From Diplonema japonicum (lineage: Eukaryota > Protista > Euglenozoa: Diplonemea), in NCBI GenBank assembly GCA_964019335.1, contig OZ025687.1, positions 496,001 to 560,000 on the forward strand: a stretch of 64,000 nt of DNA, written 5' to 3'. Position numbers and translations under genes: made by a program. The notes beneath the pieces are model-generated. The model had not been told where the DNA came from, did no database searches, and was given only the letters and a program-made list of their open reading frames with translations. Below are positions 1 through 13,554 of the stretch, in pieces (positions within the stretch are counted from its first letter, which is position 1; every line of letters starts with the position of its first letter).

Positions 1-3000
1 GTGAGCCAGCAGCACCTGACAGGAGGATGCAACTAGAGGGCGACTGGCACATGTGCAACCTGGCCCGAGAGGAGGTCATGGTTGCTGCACGCGAGGTGGC
101 CAACGCCCTCGACATCGAAGCTGAGGACGACGAGCTGCTGCCTGAAGTATTCATTGCCGACGGACAAGAAGTCAACGAGGCTACCAGATTGAAGAAGGTG
201 GAAGCCATCAAACCCCCTTGCACCGACCCGCAGGAGTGGGAACAAACCGGGACAGGCTACGACCTGGACCTCATGTGGAAGGAAGGAAAATGGGTGATCA
301 ACAGAGTATGCCCCTTGTTAATTGTTTTCCTTTAAACCATTCACAGCGCCTTGCGGAGTCTTCGAAGGGTTACATTGGTTTCCACGAAAAGCATCCTTCG
401 GTGTCGCTGCTCATGACGGTGCAGACCTTGCCAGGGAAGTCCTTTGCCGAGAGCAAAGAACACTGGGAAACAGTTGTGGGTTCGATCCCGAAACTGATGG
501 CTCGTTACGCGGTATGCTTTTGTGAATCAATGTCTATTGCATCGCAGAGGGAGAAACCGGATCTTCTTCAGTCTGGGAAATCCCTGAACGAAGACGGCGC
601 AGAAACCATCGGGCAGGAGGATGAGGTCCATCTTACTGTGAGATCCAGGAAGCCTCCTAAGGAAGAAGCGGACCCTACAAAAGCACCGCAAGAAGAGTTC
701 TTCGAAGAGGGGGTGTCATACTACCGGGAGAGGACCCGTACGAACGCAGGGCGCGATGCCATGCTCATGGGAATGGTATTTGAGGACAGATTCCCAACCC
801 TCGGCACAACAGCCGAGGTTCTCATTCCTTCGGGCAGGCTCAAGGGCACATGGCTGCAGTGCACTGTGATGGACGAACCTGACACTTCAGCACACTCTAA
901 GTACAGAGTGAGCGTGGATATGGAGTCCAGTCTGCAGAGCAGCAACCTTGTAATCCACAAGGAGTACTTGATGGACTACTTGCAAAAGTCGGGGAAAAAG
1001 AATGTGACCCGCTCCTTGAACGTCCCGAAGGAATCGATCCGCAAGAGGAGCGGTCAGGACGCCGAGTCGTGGGTGAGCAGGTTCGTTTCGTGGGTGAACA
1101 ACCCGAACCATGAAATCCATAAAGGTATGCACTGTGCTGCGTTAGCCTCACAACATAATAGAGTTCCCTGGGCTCTTGTCAACAAGGAAGGTGTTAAACC
1201 CCAGTCCGCAGTCACTGTACTTCTACGAGGACCCCGACACGAGGTATGCGACAAGAGACAGCAGCAGCAACCGCCGCAGGTACCACCCTCCTCTGTTTGG
1301 CACCACTTGGTTGTCGACCCACGGAGAGGAGAGCAATGTGAACTTGACAGGAACGACCAGAGTCTTCCTCAAGAAGGTATGCATGGTGGCTCAAGTTCAC
1401 ACACACGTACAGGACGGGCTAGGCGGGCTCAACACCGACCCCATGTACCTTGCAGTGCACCATGCGTACATGATCGGTGAGTGGGAGCTGGAGGAAGGCA
1501 GATCAGAAATTTACCACGGGACCAACACTGATGAGCTGCAAGCAACAGGCGACATGCTATCGGCGCCCTATACCATCTGGGGTGTTGTAGTCGGCGACTG
1601 GGTGCAGAAGTACAACGCGCAGGAAGGTCTGCCCCTGGGGCAGTGGGTCAAGAGAGAAGACTGGACGTTGAAGCAGCAAAAGACAAGCGAGCAATGGGCA
1701 CGCGACTTCCGAGACGAGAACTCCCTCTACGTGTGCGTGCACAAGTGGAAGAACGAGGCCGCGATATGGGAACTGGAACGTGCACCGGAGAGGGGCACGA
1801 AAATGTACCTACGCAAGGCAGCTGTTGACCATTACGAAGAGGAGACGGAGGGATTGAAGCAGTGCATGATCGCAACGAACTACCCCCTGTCGTACAAGGG
1901 CGACGGGAAGAAGCGCTACCTGTCGGCGTTCGAGTCGGACAAGAGACACACCGACAATCAGAGGAAGGGGAGAAAGTCGTACTTCCAAGGCATGGAGGAG
2001 CAAGACCCTCGCTCCTACCGTGTGTGTGCACACGAGAAAAAGGACGAGCCAGAAGACGGGCAAATGGGCGAGGACGCCAGCTTGTGGGAAGTCTCTTTGC
2101 TGCCTTGCAAGGATCTGGTGGACTCGCGCATAGGGAACGTAACCTTCTGGTGGCAAAAGGACGCCTTCATTATCGACTGGCTGAGGAACGACATGTACGA
2201 CGAGGACAAGGTGCTGAAAGGCGTTCCTGAGAACCCCATAGGCACCAAGTGGGCAAGCTCAGAAGAGGCGCCGACTAGGGCCAGCGAATGGGAGCTAGCG
2301 TCGTACGACGAACTCGAACGGCGTGTAGAGTGGTACCTGGATAACTGGAGGGTGGCGCGGAACGGGCTGGCGGACCTTGACAAGATCCCCTCCGACGACG
2401 CTGTCCTGCAGAAGCAGCACAAGCACCGCCTGCGCCAGCTGAAAATGATCGACCAGGAGCGCGAGAGACAGAACCACAAGGTGCTCATCAAGAAACTATA
2501 CGATAACCAAGCTCCGACATACTTGTCAGTGTGGAGGAACTACCCGCCTGGGAAGTACAACGGTGTGTGGCAAACAGAAGGATTCTTTACAAGAGGACCT
2601 GAGGAGCACAGGGTTTCATATGTGGGAAGCGTGCTGCGAGGGCTGTTGGGTCCGGACCCAACTGAAACAACAATGACAGAAGCTTGCTGGAGTGCGAGCT
2701 TTGCACCCAACCCTGGGGAGAGCGTACCTGGAAAGGTGAATTACAAAAACCAGGTACTAGAGTGCAAGGTGACGGCAAAGTCGTACACAGCACTGACCAT
2801 CACAGTGGATAAATGGAGAGAGATGAACTTGGAGTACTCCTTCGACCTGAAGAGGACGGACGAAATGATGAGAGACGCGAATTCCCACTTTGTGCTCACC
2901 ACGCAGCAGTACCAGCTGGTGACGCACAGCACGTGGGAGATCGAGCCCATCCATGACTTGGACGATACGATAGACTACGCTGTGAAGGAGGCCGTCACAG

Positions 3001-3395
3001 CCGCTCAGAAGGGTTTGCAACAACAGTTCCGGACCTTGATCCATGAGGAGATGACGTTCCTGCTGAAGACGGTGATGCCTAATGTTCTTCTGGACGAGCT
3101 TGGGCCTAACCAGTTGGTGCAGACACTCAATTACAAGATACGATCGGAGTCTATAGCCAAGGAAGAGACCGTTCTTAAAGGTGATTACGATCCTGCTGGA
3201 TCAGGTAAAGACACCCCTCTGAATGCCGAGCAGACCCTCGTCAGGCAAGCGACAAATAAACGTGTGAACGAGTGGAGGGCAACAGCTGTCGAAGAGCCCC
3301 AGCCTGACGAACAAAAAAAAACCGAAGTTTTGGATACTGAGGTTAGCGGGACGGGCCCCACGGTTGCTAGTACAGAGCCTTATGACGGAGCATGA
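1..3395 (+). CDS. Large hypothetical protein, 5'-truncated by the window; joins ORFs 27..335, 218..1480 and 1176..3395 via introns 306-346, 512-547 (in-frame, tentative) and 1125-1161
   Basis: The frame is open from the window start. Removing GTATGC..TCACAG (306-346) and GTATGC..AATAG (1125-1161) switches exactly between the three ORF frames. The stop at 3393-3395 is followed by A-rich sequence. No domain recognised with confidence. Confidence 0.75.
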
Positions 3396-3831
3396 ATTTA
3401 AAAAAAAAAAAAATGAACAATAATATTTTTTGCTTGTTTACACGCAAAATACACATGTAGAAAAAAAAAAAAAAAAAAAAAACTATGTACAAAAAAAAAA
3501 TCTCTTCCATTCTTTCATTACTCTATCGATGTTGACGCGGTCCTTCTTATAAATATTTCCCCTCTTCCCCCCCCCTTTTTTTTATATCGGAGTACCAAAA
3601 ATAGGTGTACTTGCCTGATTCTTTTATTTTCATTTTATTCAGTTCTCTTTTTATCTTCTTCTCTCCCCCCCAAACCCCTTTCTCCTTTTACCTTTTTCAA
3701 ATATTTCTTCCCCGCACTCCTAAAAAAGCACTTAAAAGACATCTTTTAAATAGGGAAAAAAGGAGAACAGACAAAATTCTCATTCAAAAAAAAAAAAAGA
3801 AACGAAAAAAAAAAAGAAGAAGGAAAGGAAA

Positions 3832-4812
3832 ATGGAAGAAACAGAACGAACGCGGGTGGTAAGATCCACGTACACAAGAGACAGCGCAGAGAGACACAAA
3901 GAGAGGGCGCTGTTGGGTAGGTCGGCGAATAGCAAAAGAGAAAAGAAGAGGTATGGTTCAAAAAAGAAGAAAAAAAAAGAAAAAAGAGAAATCGACTTCG
4001 AAGACCGGAGGTCATGGCGCAATGCAGTCGGGCTTGCTTACAGCGAGACACCCTTGAAATCTCATGACAGAGCCGTCTTATCAGAACAAGAATGGAAAAT
4101 GCAAAACTCGTTGTCGGGGTCTTCCTATTCTTACTCGACGAGGAGGGAGAGAGAGCCAAGAACTGCAACGTTCTACGCCAGCAGGGAGAGACGACTCGGG
4201 TCCTCTCCTTCCATATCCTCCCCTGTCCCGGTTTCACGCCGACGATATGACACAGAACCTATGCGTAGCCTCTCGAACGACAAGGTACTAAAGGACCTAG
4301 GCAGGCTGAGCCAGTTGTACAACAGCGTCCGTAAGTCTGCTTCGCGTTCCAGATCGCCGCCTGACTGTGTGAAGGAGTCCCCCGCACCTGTTCCCTCCGA
4401 CCCCCCGGTTCCCATTCCCCAGCTTCTTTTGCGGTATTGTAAATCGCAAGGTGTGGAGTCACCTTCAAGCACCCTCGGGCTTCCCGAGAGGTTTCGTCCC
4501 ATACCTTCTGCAAACCTTGAGGATGAACCGGATATGGGAGGGGAGCGTGGCATCGAGCCGGAAGATTCCCCGCCTGCCATTCAAGTCCCCGTCCCGCAAA
4601 GCAGCTCGCCTGACGTTTCCCCTTCGCCTCTCCCGCCGCCTATACTCTCTGAAGACCGGCGTGAGAAACCGAGGTCGTCTGCACCTTGCATCTACTACAC
4701 GAAGGGTTCCTGCGTTATGGGTGAGAACTGCAGGTTCGTCCACTCCACCAGCTCCAACCCCCCCGAGCCCCTTGACTACGACCAAGACACGTCCGTGTCA
4801 ACGGTTGATTGA
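3832..4812 (+). CDS. Low-complexity Ser/Arg/Pro-rich protein with a C-terminal CCCH zinc finger
   Basis: CIYYTKGSCVMGENCRFVH = C-x7-C-x5-C-x3-H. The ATG has an A-rich context. Confidence 0.75.
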   Translation: MEETERTRVVRSTYTRDSAERHKERALLGRSANSKREKKRYGSKKKKKKEKREIDFEDRRSWRNAVGLAYSETPLKSHDRAVLSEQEWKMQNSLSGSSYSYSTRREREPRTATFYASRERRLGSSPSISSPVPVSRRRYDTEPMRSLSNDKVLKDLGRLSQLYNSVRKSASRSRSPPDCVKESPAPVPSDPPVPIPQLLLRYCKSQGVESPSSTLGLPERFRPIPSANLEDEPDMGGERGIEPEDSPPAIQVPVPQSSSPDVSPSPLPPPILSEDRREKPRSSAPCIYYTKGSCVMGENCRFVHSTSSNPPEPLDYDQDTSVSTVD

Positions 4813-5028
4813 CAGCAACAGGGTTAAGTTTTTTTCTAAATGTCTCTTTTTTTTTTTTTTTTTTTTTTATTTTTATTTTTTTTATTTCCTTCTAGTAAAA
4901 AAATAAAGTTCTTCGTTTTGGTTTTATTCCTTTAAATTTCTTTCTCCACCACTCTAACAAAAAAAATAAAGGAGGGTTGGGAGGGGGGTGAGGTGAGCGG
5001 GGGGGAGGGGGGAGGGGAGGGGGATAAA

Positions 5029-8000
5029 ATGGAAGAAGGTGACCCCCCCGAAGCACCCCCACCTGTCGAACAAGGACAGAGCCGGAAGGTGACGCTGCCA
5101 CCGGAGGAACCTCCAGTGGAAGACGAAGCCGAAGAAGCCGAAGCCGATGATGATGAACCGAAACCGCCGCCAGCGCGGAAGAGGATGATGTCGAAGGTGA
5201 GTTTCGCGGAAGGAGGAGCGGACCCTGCAGAGGAAGGGGAGGGTGCCATGCGCACTGTGCACCTGTACAACGAAGAGAAAAACGCAGCCTTCAGCTACCC
5301 ACCGAACTTTCTAAAGACGTCGCACTACACCGCGTGGAACTTTCTCCCGAAGAACCTCCTCCTTCAGTTCAGCAGGTTCTCGAACATGTACTTCCTCATC
5401 GTGATGGTGATTTCAATGATCCCAGGCGTGTCGCCCATCACACCCTCATCCGCAGCAGCTCCTTTGATTTTTGTCCTAGCATGTGCTGCAGGCAAAGACG
5501 GTTACGAAGACTGGAAACGACACGTGGCTGATCGAAAAGACAACTCTGCACTGGTTAAAGTGCTTCGAGACGGTGAATGGAAAGAAATAGCATCAATGGA
5601 CGTTAAGGTAGGGGACATCCTCAAAATGGAACGCGGGACGGGAGCTGAGGGCTGCGCGGTGAAGGCGGACATCGTGCTCATCGCAAGCGAAGACGAAGAC
5701 GGCGTTGTTTACGTTGAAACCTCACAATTGGACGGAGAAACCAGCATCAAACCCCGCAAAGCACACCAAACCACACAAATCCTCACCTCTATAACCGATC
5801 TGGAAAAAGCCGCCTCCATCGGTGGCGGTATCCACGCAACCATCGACGGGCCGTCCAACAAAATATACACATGGCAAGGGGTCTTGTTCACTCACGGTGG
5901 CGTGAAGGCTCCTCTTTCCACGAAAAATATAGTATGGAGGGGATCGTCCATCAGAAAAACCGCCTGGGCGTACGGGCTTGTAATATACACGGGGAAAGAC
6001 ACCAAACAAGGGCAGAACCTCAAACGGACGAAGCGGAAGCTGTCGTTTTTCGCGAAGAAGGTGAACGAGCTCGTTGCAGGGATCTTCATCTTCAAACACG
6101 TACTTCTCTTCCCGCTGTGCATCCTGTCCATCGTGTGGAGAAACGACAACGTGAACGCGCACTGGTACATCACCGAGATCCTTCGACAGTACTCTGACAT
6201 CGAGATCTTCTTTCTGAACTACATGACGTACTTCGTGCTTCTATCGTTTCTAATCCCGATCTCCCTGTTCGTTACCGTGGAGTTCTGCAAAGTCAACCAG
6301 ATCCTCCTAATGAAATGGGATGAGAAGATGATGTACAAAATGCCCGGTGTCGGGTGGGTGGGATGCCGCCCGAAAACGTCCGACCTCAACGAACAGCTTG
6401 CGGTCGTGAAGTACGTCTTCTCCGACAAAACAGGAACCCTTACAGAAAACGTTATGAGGTACATGGAGGGCTGCGTCATCGACAAAACAGGAAAATGGCG
6501 GAAACACACCGAAGTGAACGACACCGGCGCCATCAACCGCGCTGCAGGCGGCGAAGGCGCTGCTGCAGTTTACACAAACATCGCTGAGGCTGAAAAACCG
6601 GAAATCCGGTACTTAGCTTGCATGTCGATATGCCACACAGTCGTTCCATTCATCGACACCGACACAGGGAAGATAAACTTCGAAGGGTCATCTCCTGACG
6701 AAGTCGCGCTTGTCTCCGCTGCAGCCGACAACCAATTTGTACTCCGAAAGCGTACTAGTAAAGATATATTCGTCGCAATCGGGGGTACCGAGGTCGCCTT
6801 CACCATTCTGCAAGAACTGGAATTCACCCCGACCCGAAAAATGATGTCAATGGTGATACAAGACGAAAGCGGTGCTATTTACCTGTTGTGCAAAGGTGCG
6901 GACTCGTCGGTGTTCAAAGCGCTTCGACCTAACTCCCTCACCGACGAAGCACTCGCTCAAGGAAACGACATCGTCGTCCGATACGCCACCTCCCAGTACC
7001 GTACACTGTGCATGGCGTACCGAACTATAGAAAAAGACGACTACGAAATGTGGTCTCAAAAGTACAACGGTGTGCAGACTGAACTGGGGAAAACAGTTGA
7101 AATGGTCGACGCCGTGTGCGGGCAAATAGAACACGACCTGGAGATGATCGGCATCGCCGCCTACGAAGATAAACTACAAGACGGCGTCCCCGACACTATT
7201 AAGTTCCTAACCGACTCCGGCGTGGTGGTATGGATGCTGACGGGAGACAAACTTGAAACGGGTATCGAGATCGGGAAGACATGCGGTCTCGTCGGCGATG
7301 CGGAAATCGTCCCCGTTCACGTGTCCAAAGAACTAGCAGACAACCCACTATTCGCAGACGACGCGGAACTCCTAGACACCGAACGCGAGTACCGCCGTAA
7401 ACGACGAGAAAGTCTTGTCGAACAAAAACTCGAATCAGCGTTAGACCTCGCTGTTCAACAGAAGAAAAAAATTACAATCGCCATCGACGGCACCACACTT
7501 GACATTATCCAGTCTCAAAAAGACCGACACCTTGAAGCTCGGTTCATGGAGCTTGCCCGGTCAATCCACTCCGCAGTGTGCTGCCGGCTGACCCCCGGAC
7601 AAAAAGGCTACATTGTAAACCTCTTCCAAAATGACGGTGAAACAGCCCTTGCCATCGGTGATGGTGCCAACGATGCGACCATGATCAACGCAGCCATGGT
7701 GGGCATAGGTATAATCGGGTTAGAAGGCAGCCAAGCCGAGCTGGCGTCTGATTACGCGATACCCCGGTTCAGGTTTCTCATCCGCCTCCTTGCAGTTCAC
7801 GGGCGGTACGCGATGTATCGAAACGCACGGTGCGTGTGCTTTAGTTTTTACAAGAACGCGGTTTTGTCGCTCTGCATGGTGTACTTTGCGGTGTTCTCCG
7901 CGTTTTCCGGAACTACATTTTTCGACTCGTGGCTGCTCGCTGTTAAAAATACAATATTCTCGTTCTTCCCGCCGCTGTTCATGGGTTGCTACGGGAAGGA

Positions 8001-8974
8001 CATCTCTGAGGAGGCGTTAATGGACCCTGCATTGGGCCCTGTTCTGTACTCGCAGATGAAAGGCGGGCTTTATTTCGACGCCTTCAGCATCACAATGTGG
8101 GCGGTGGCAGCTATTGTCCACGGATCGTTAATTTACTGGTTCTGCTTCCCGACGCAGCTTACAGACGATACCGATCCTTGGTCGGGTAGAAACGGCGGTC
8201 TCATACAAACAGGCACATATGCCATGACAATGGTTGTCTTCTGCGTTCTGACAAAGGCAGCGATTCACATTCATTATGTTAATTCGATTCAGGTGGCTGG
8301 TGTGGTGGGGTCCATGCTGTTGTACCCTCTGTGGCTTGCTTTGTACGCTGCAGTGCCTTCTGTCTTCGGTGACGTAGCTTTCTATGGTATGGGAGATCCT
8401 TTGTTCTCGGATCCAAAGCATTATCTTTACGCATTGCTGGCTGCCGTGGGATTTGTATTGACGTTCGACTTCACCGGGGTATATTTGCAGAGAAAGCTCA
8501 AACCCACGTTGAGGGATCTGTGCGCAGATTATTACGAGTTTAGGGTATGGGAAGAAAAAAAAAAAAATAATACAGAATCCGCCATGGGGGAAAGATCGTC
8601 CTTTCTTTGGGTGTTGTGCTGATGTTGCTCATGGTGTGTTACCAGAGATTACTTCGCCTTTGTTGGATCCAATGCCGTCGCCTCAACCTTCAGAGGAGCA
8701 CAGGAATGGTAATGGTAATAGGGGTCCTCCGGTAGTTGAAAATGTGTTGAATCCGCCGGTGGTGCTGCCGGATCCGGATTTAATTCCTTTGAGGCTGGCT
8801 TTACAACCTGTTCCTGAAAGACGGATGCCGCCGTTGCCTGTTTCCTTTGCAGTTGCATCGTCGCACCGGTCACCTTCTCCTCCCACATCGCCTCCACCTC
8901 CTCTGCCGCGTGAACCTCCACCAAGCTCACCACCTCCTTCTTCTCGGGACATTTCAAACTTGCCCCTGACGTAG
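5029..8974 (+). CDS. P4-type ATPase (phospholipid flippase); intron 8545-8575 joins the Pro-rich last exon (ORF 8636..8974 frame)
   Basis: Motifs LDGET, PISL, DKTGTLT, SPDEVAL, KGADS, LTGDK and GDGAND, plus multiple TM helices. Removing GTATGG..TACAG (31 nt) gives ...EFR|NPPWGKDR..., open to the stop at 8974. Confidence 0.93.
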
Positions 8975-10588
8975 ATTTTTTTTTTCTGTATTTTCCTGAA
9001 CAAGGATATCTTTTTTTTTCGGATTGTTACGTTACGTGGTTACCCCCCTTTTTTTTTCTTTTGGTTACTCTGTGTTTGGGGTGTGGGGGGGGGGGGGGGG
9101 GGGGGGTCTTTTCATGGTTTTTTTATGGGGGGGAGAGAGGCCGAAGCAAAAAAAAAAACAAGAAAAAAAAAAGAAAGAAAAACAAACTAGGGGCAATTAT
9201 ATTTCCCTTTTGCCCCCCTTGTTTTTTCCTTTTTTTCCCCTTTCTTTTCTATCTCCTTTTTTTCCCTTTTCTTGTGTACAGGTTCTCTTTTTTTTTTCCC
9301 CCCTTTTTATTCAGGATGCCTTTACCCCCTCAACCCAAGTAGAATATGATTTTTTTTTCCTTTGTAAGCAAAAAAAAAATAAATAAATAAAGAAAAATAA
9401 AACCTGGCGTTTTTTTTTTTTTTTTTTTTCTTTTTTTTTTTGTTACTGGCACCTTTTCCGTCTTATAAAAGGTATGCAAACCTACGCTAGGGCAGAGGAG
9501 GAAGAAGAAAAAAAAAAGAAGGAAAAAAAAAAGAAGAAGAAAGCGAGGGAACAGAAGGGATAACAAGTAGACTCCCCGTGCTCTCAACTCACCCGCTCTC
9601 TATTTGTCGTGTGTGTAGTAATTTCAAAGAATAGCTGCTCCCCTCCCACTTTTTTTCCCTTTTTTTTTTTTACTGTATTCAAAGGATGGTGCATCGGGCT
9701 GGGGAAAAAAAAGGGGGGGGGGGGACAATAATAGCGCTCTTCATCTTTAGAGACCGAAAGGGAGACCGGAGGGGCTCTACACACATGTGATGATTTCTTT
9801 TTTCTTTTTTGAGATTCCTCCTTGTGTGTTTTGCCAGCCAATTTTAGAGATACGCGGAGTTGCATTTGGTTTCCCTTTTTTTTGGGGGGGGTACTGCTCT
9901 CCCCCCTCTTATTTTTTTTTTTGGGGAATATGGTTGATACAGACAAAGGCAGTTGAAAAAAAATATTTAAAAAAAAATAGAATACAATAATATATACTAC
10001 GATAGAAGGGGGGGGGGGGGGGGGCAAGGCAACGGTGCGTGGAAAATATTCTAGCCAAACACGGGGAAAAAAAAGGGGGGGGAGGGGGGAGGAAATCCTT
10101 CGTTTCACATTTTTTCTCCTCTTTTCCTCTCTCATAGTATACGCAATTGCCCATCATTCGTTTGGAGTTCCATTTTTGGCTATATCCGGAAATATCTCTG
10201 AATTTCTTTCTGGGGGGGGAGTGGCCCAACCCAGGGGGATATTTTTAAAGTGTTTCTGATACTTCTCTGACAAGCTTCGATGTAATATGTATACTGGGTC
10301 TCTTCGGCCTCCCCCCCCCTTTTTTTTCTTTTTTGTTTTACGTCTCTCTCCTTCTCCCAGAATGAAAAAAAAAATACAAATAGAAAAAAAAAAAAAAAAA
10401 AAAAAAAATGCACCAGTTTTTTATGTGTCATGTAAGGCTCTTTTTTTTTTTCACACACCCACCCCCTTTCTTCTTTTTTTTTTTTTTTTTATATTTATAC
10501 CCTTTCTCACACATTTTTTTTTTTTTTTTTTCCCCTTCATTTTTTTTTTTTTTTTTCCCCACAACAAAAAGAGGGGGGGGAAAAAAAA

Positions 10589-12250
10589 ATGCGGTACACT
10601 GAGTTAAACCCGCTGATAAAAATGGCAACCATGTTGCTGTTTTTGTGTTTGACATACAACGCATTATTCGGGCGGTCGCAGACAGACTACTTAAAGGCTG
10701 CAAGGGACATGCTGAGGGGAAGTGCTGTCGGAATCCCATCAATGGGAGACTTTGCCGAAGATGTCAAAGACTCCGTCGATAGCAATATGAAAGACGCAAT
10801 GCGAGAAATCTTCGACGAACTAGACTCTAACAAGGACGGCGTCATCGAATACTCAGAGTTCACTGGGATGGGCTTAAACACCTGGGCCGCGTTTAGAGCA
10901 CTCGATTTGGTCATAAAATCCAGACTATCCATGCCCACCTTTTCAGGAATGCGTCAGACAATAAGAGAAAATCTACCGCAATTTTCTCTCCCAGAAGAAC
11001 TCCGCCTTCTTCGAGAAACGAACTGGGTGGAATCCCTGAGATCCAAGGCAGCATGGTATATTCTATTCCTTGTATATGTGCAGTGTTCACTATGCGCGTG
11101 GGAGAACATACTTGGATTTCTCGGTTTAAAATCGTTCACGTACCCTAAAAATCCTGACGTGTCGAAAGTAAAAACATCGGATAAAGAAACCTGTTTGCAA
11201 TATGACACTCCATTGCAAGGGTGGTACGAGCTGACAAAAACATTGTTGATGACAATTTCCGGGCTTCCAATTCTTCGACTTATACAAGCTATGTTTTTTG
11301 TGACGGTTGGGATGATCGCGGTGAACATCTCAGTAATGGTACCGAACAAGTTTTGGAAGGGTTTCTGGCTTCGCGGTGTGACCAGTTTATGTATTTCTGG
11401 TGCGTTGTTTTCCTTTGGTTTCTACCGTGTTGGGATTGAGGGTACCGTCGCAGACCGTTCAGAGTGTAAAATTCTGATAGGAAATCACACAGCGGTGTTC
11501 GAGATTTTGATAATGTTTGGTTTGTCGTTTCCGGCATTTATTTCGGCGGTGGAGAATGCAAGGGTTCCCTTGTTTTCAGGCGTTGTACGGGCTTGCGATG
11601 CCATTCTCGTCGACAGGCTCGACAAAAACAGCAGAAAACACACAATGCACGAGATTAAAAAACGCGCGAAAACACCAGACGCACCACAACTAATGATTTA
11701 CCCAGAAGGGACTCTAAACAATCAAAAAGGCCTTTTCATGTTCAAAACTGGTGCATTTGAACCTGGACAGCCTGTTCAACCCATTTGCTTTAAATACCCT
11801 TACAAACATTACAACCCCTGCTGGACAGGCGAGGCAACTGGTGGAAACGATGTTGGAGAAGTTGGATGGAGAGTGCTGTGTCAAATTGTCAACAGAGTTG
11901 AGGTAAAAATTTTACCCGTTTACCGACCGTCAGAAGCAGAGACCGAGGATAAGTATTTGTACTCTAGTAACGTTCGCAAAGTTATGGCAGCGAACCTAAG
12001 AACTGACGTGTCCGATTGTGTGTATGAAGACTATGTTGCGTTGAACAAAATCTACTCCCGCTTGAAGAGAATCGAGTCGAGGAGCTCGAACGCTTCGCGG
12101 CGGTCAACTGAGTACTGGTTTCCCTTTATCCGGAAGAATCGAGCAAAGGTAGCCGATCTTCTTAAAACGCAGCATGTTGAGGACGAGTGTCAAAGCATGA
12201 CCTCATGTGAGGACACACCAAATAATACACCTTTGAAGACCGAGCAGTAG
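10589..12250 (+). CDS. Lysophospholipid acyltransferase (LPCAT/LPEAT-like, PlsC family) with an N-terminal EF-hand
   Basis: Motif I NHTAVFE, YPEGT, FKTGAF..GQPVQP..KYP. EF-hand DELDSNKDGVIEYSEF. Hydrophobic segments present. Confidence 0.85.
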   Translation: MRYTELNPLIKMATMLLFLCLTYNALFGRSQTDYLKAARDMLRGSAVGIPSMGDFAEDVKDSVDSNMKDAMREIFDELDSNKDGVIEYSEFTGMGLNTWAAFRALDLVIKSRLSMPTFSGMRQTIRENLPQFSLPEELRLLRETNWVESLRSKAAWYILFLVYVQCSLCAWENILGFLGLKSFTYPKNPDVSKVKTSDKETCLQYDTPLQGWYELTKTLLMTISGLPILRLIQAMFFVTVGMIAVNISVMVPNKFWKGFWLRGVTSLCISGALFSFGFYRVGIEGTVADRSECKILIGNHTAVFEILIMFGLSFPAFISAVENARVPLFSGVVRACDAILVDRLDKNSRKHTMHEIKKRAKTPDAPQLMIYPEGTLNNQKGLFMFKTGAFEPGQPVQPICFKYPYKHYNPCWTGEATGGNDVGEVGWRVLCQIVNRVEVKILPVYRPSEAETEDKYLYSSNVRKVMAANLRTDVSDCVYEDYVALNKIYSRLKRIESRSSNASRRSTEYWFPFIRKNRAKVADLLKTQHVEDECQSMTSCEDTPNNTPLKTEQ

Positions 12251-13254
12251 ATTCTCATTTTTTTTTTGTTTTTTGTTTTTTGTTTTTGTTTTTTTCTCCC
12301 CCCCTCACAATATTAAAAAAAAACTAGTGTTTTCTTCCCCCCCCCCCTTTTTTTTCCCTTCCCACACTAAGTTTCTTTTGTGATAAGTCAAATTGAACTG
12401 CGGGTGTTTCAAAAGATTTTTTTTTTATATACATTTCCCAAAAAAAAAAAAAAAAAAAAAAAAGAAAAGAAAAAAAAAAAAAGCATTCGTGCGATCGGTT
12501 TTATTTTTTTTTTTATTTTTTATTTTCTATTAGATGTTATTTTCAAAATGGAGATTCAAAAGGTTAGTTTACGGGGCAGCAGGACCAAGGCCCTCGGGTA
12601 TGGATTTCTCGTTTAACAAGTCAAAGTAAAAGGGGGCTGTGCAGATATTTTGGTCCACTCATGGATGCTGTTGTCAGGCACGTGTAGGATCCCCCGTCCA
12701 CGGTGGGCACCAACCAGCGCACCGCAAAAATAGATCGAGTTTTTTTTTTTTTTTTTTTTTTAGAAAGAAGGGGTGGGTGGGGTGCTCGCGACGTGAGTAT
12801 TTTTTTTTTTCCCCCTACCATATCGCCGAGGGCCTCGTTCCCCTCTCTTTGCTCCCCCCTTCTTCTTAGCCTTGTCTTTCTCACTTCTTTTGTTGAGATT
12901 ACACCAGGTTTTCTTTTTTTCTTTTTTCTTTTTTTAAATCTTATGGTGTTTGTTTGCTTGTGTAGTAAAAGGGGTATATTTGTGCCTGTTCCTGTTTTTA
13001 TTGCCATATCCCCAGGGATGACCCCCCCCCCCCCCCCCCCCCCCCATTACTAACCTCTTTTTTTTAATATTTTTATTTATTTATTATTTCTTTTTCAGGC
13101 GTCCTGTCACATACCGCAGGTACCCTTAAATGTTTCTTTTTTTTTTCTTTATTCAAACTCTCTCATTTGTCACTTATTATTTGTCAAAGTTTTTTTTTTG
13201 GAAGGAAAAACACACACACAAGTATTACAAAAAAAAAAAAAAAAAAAAAAAAAA

Positions 13255-13554
13255 ATGGGTAACGCACACATCCTTGCCGTGGCCAGCCATAACAGCTCTA
13301 CGGGGTCCTTCAGAGGCCAGGAGAACTGCACTGAGAAATCTGCCTTCAGCAACCCGAAGCTGAGCAAGCTTGGTGACAAGAGGACAAAGGGAAGAAAAGG
13401 TTCCAAGGGAGGTGATGTCGAACTCGACTCGATTCCTGAGCATGTGCATCTTCTGTCCCGTTCCAACTCTTCCTTCTCTACCGATGAAGGTTCTTTCGAT
13501 TACAGTGATTCCCTTGATGAAACCATACAGAGCCGCAGAGGAATAGCCGCGTGA
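13255..13554 (+). CDS. Small hypothetical protein (99 aa), possibly N-myristoylated
   Basis: A complex-sequence island in a homopolymer desert. The ATG follows an A-run, as in other genes here, and the protein starts MGN. Confidence 0.5.
   Translation: MGNAHILAVASHNSSTGSFRGQENCTEKSAFSNPKLSKLGDKRTKGRKGSKGGDVELDSIPEHVHLLSRSNSSFSTDEGSFDYSDSLDETIQSRRGIAA

Noticed and set aside
218-1480. Overlapping + strand ORFs suggesting programmed frameshifting
   Set aside because: Canonical short GT-AG introns explain each frame switch exactly.
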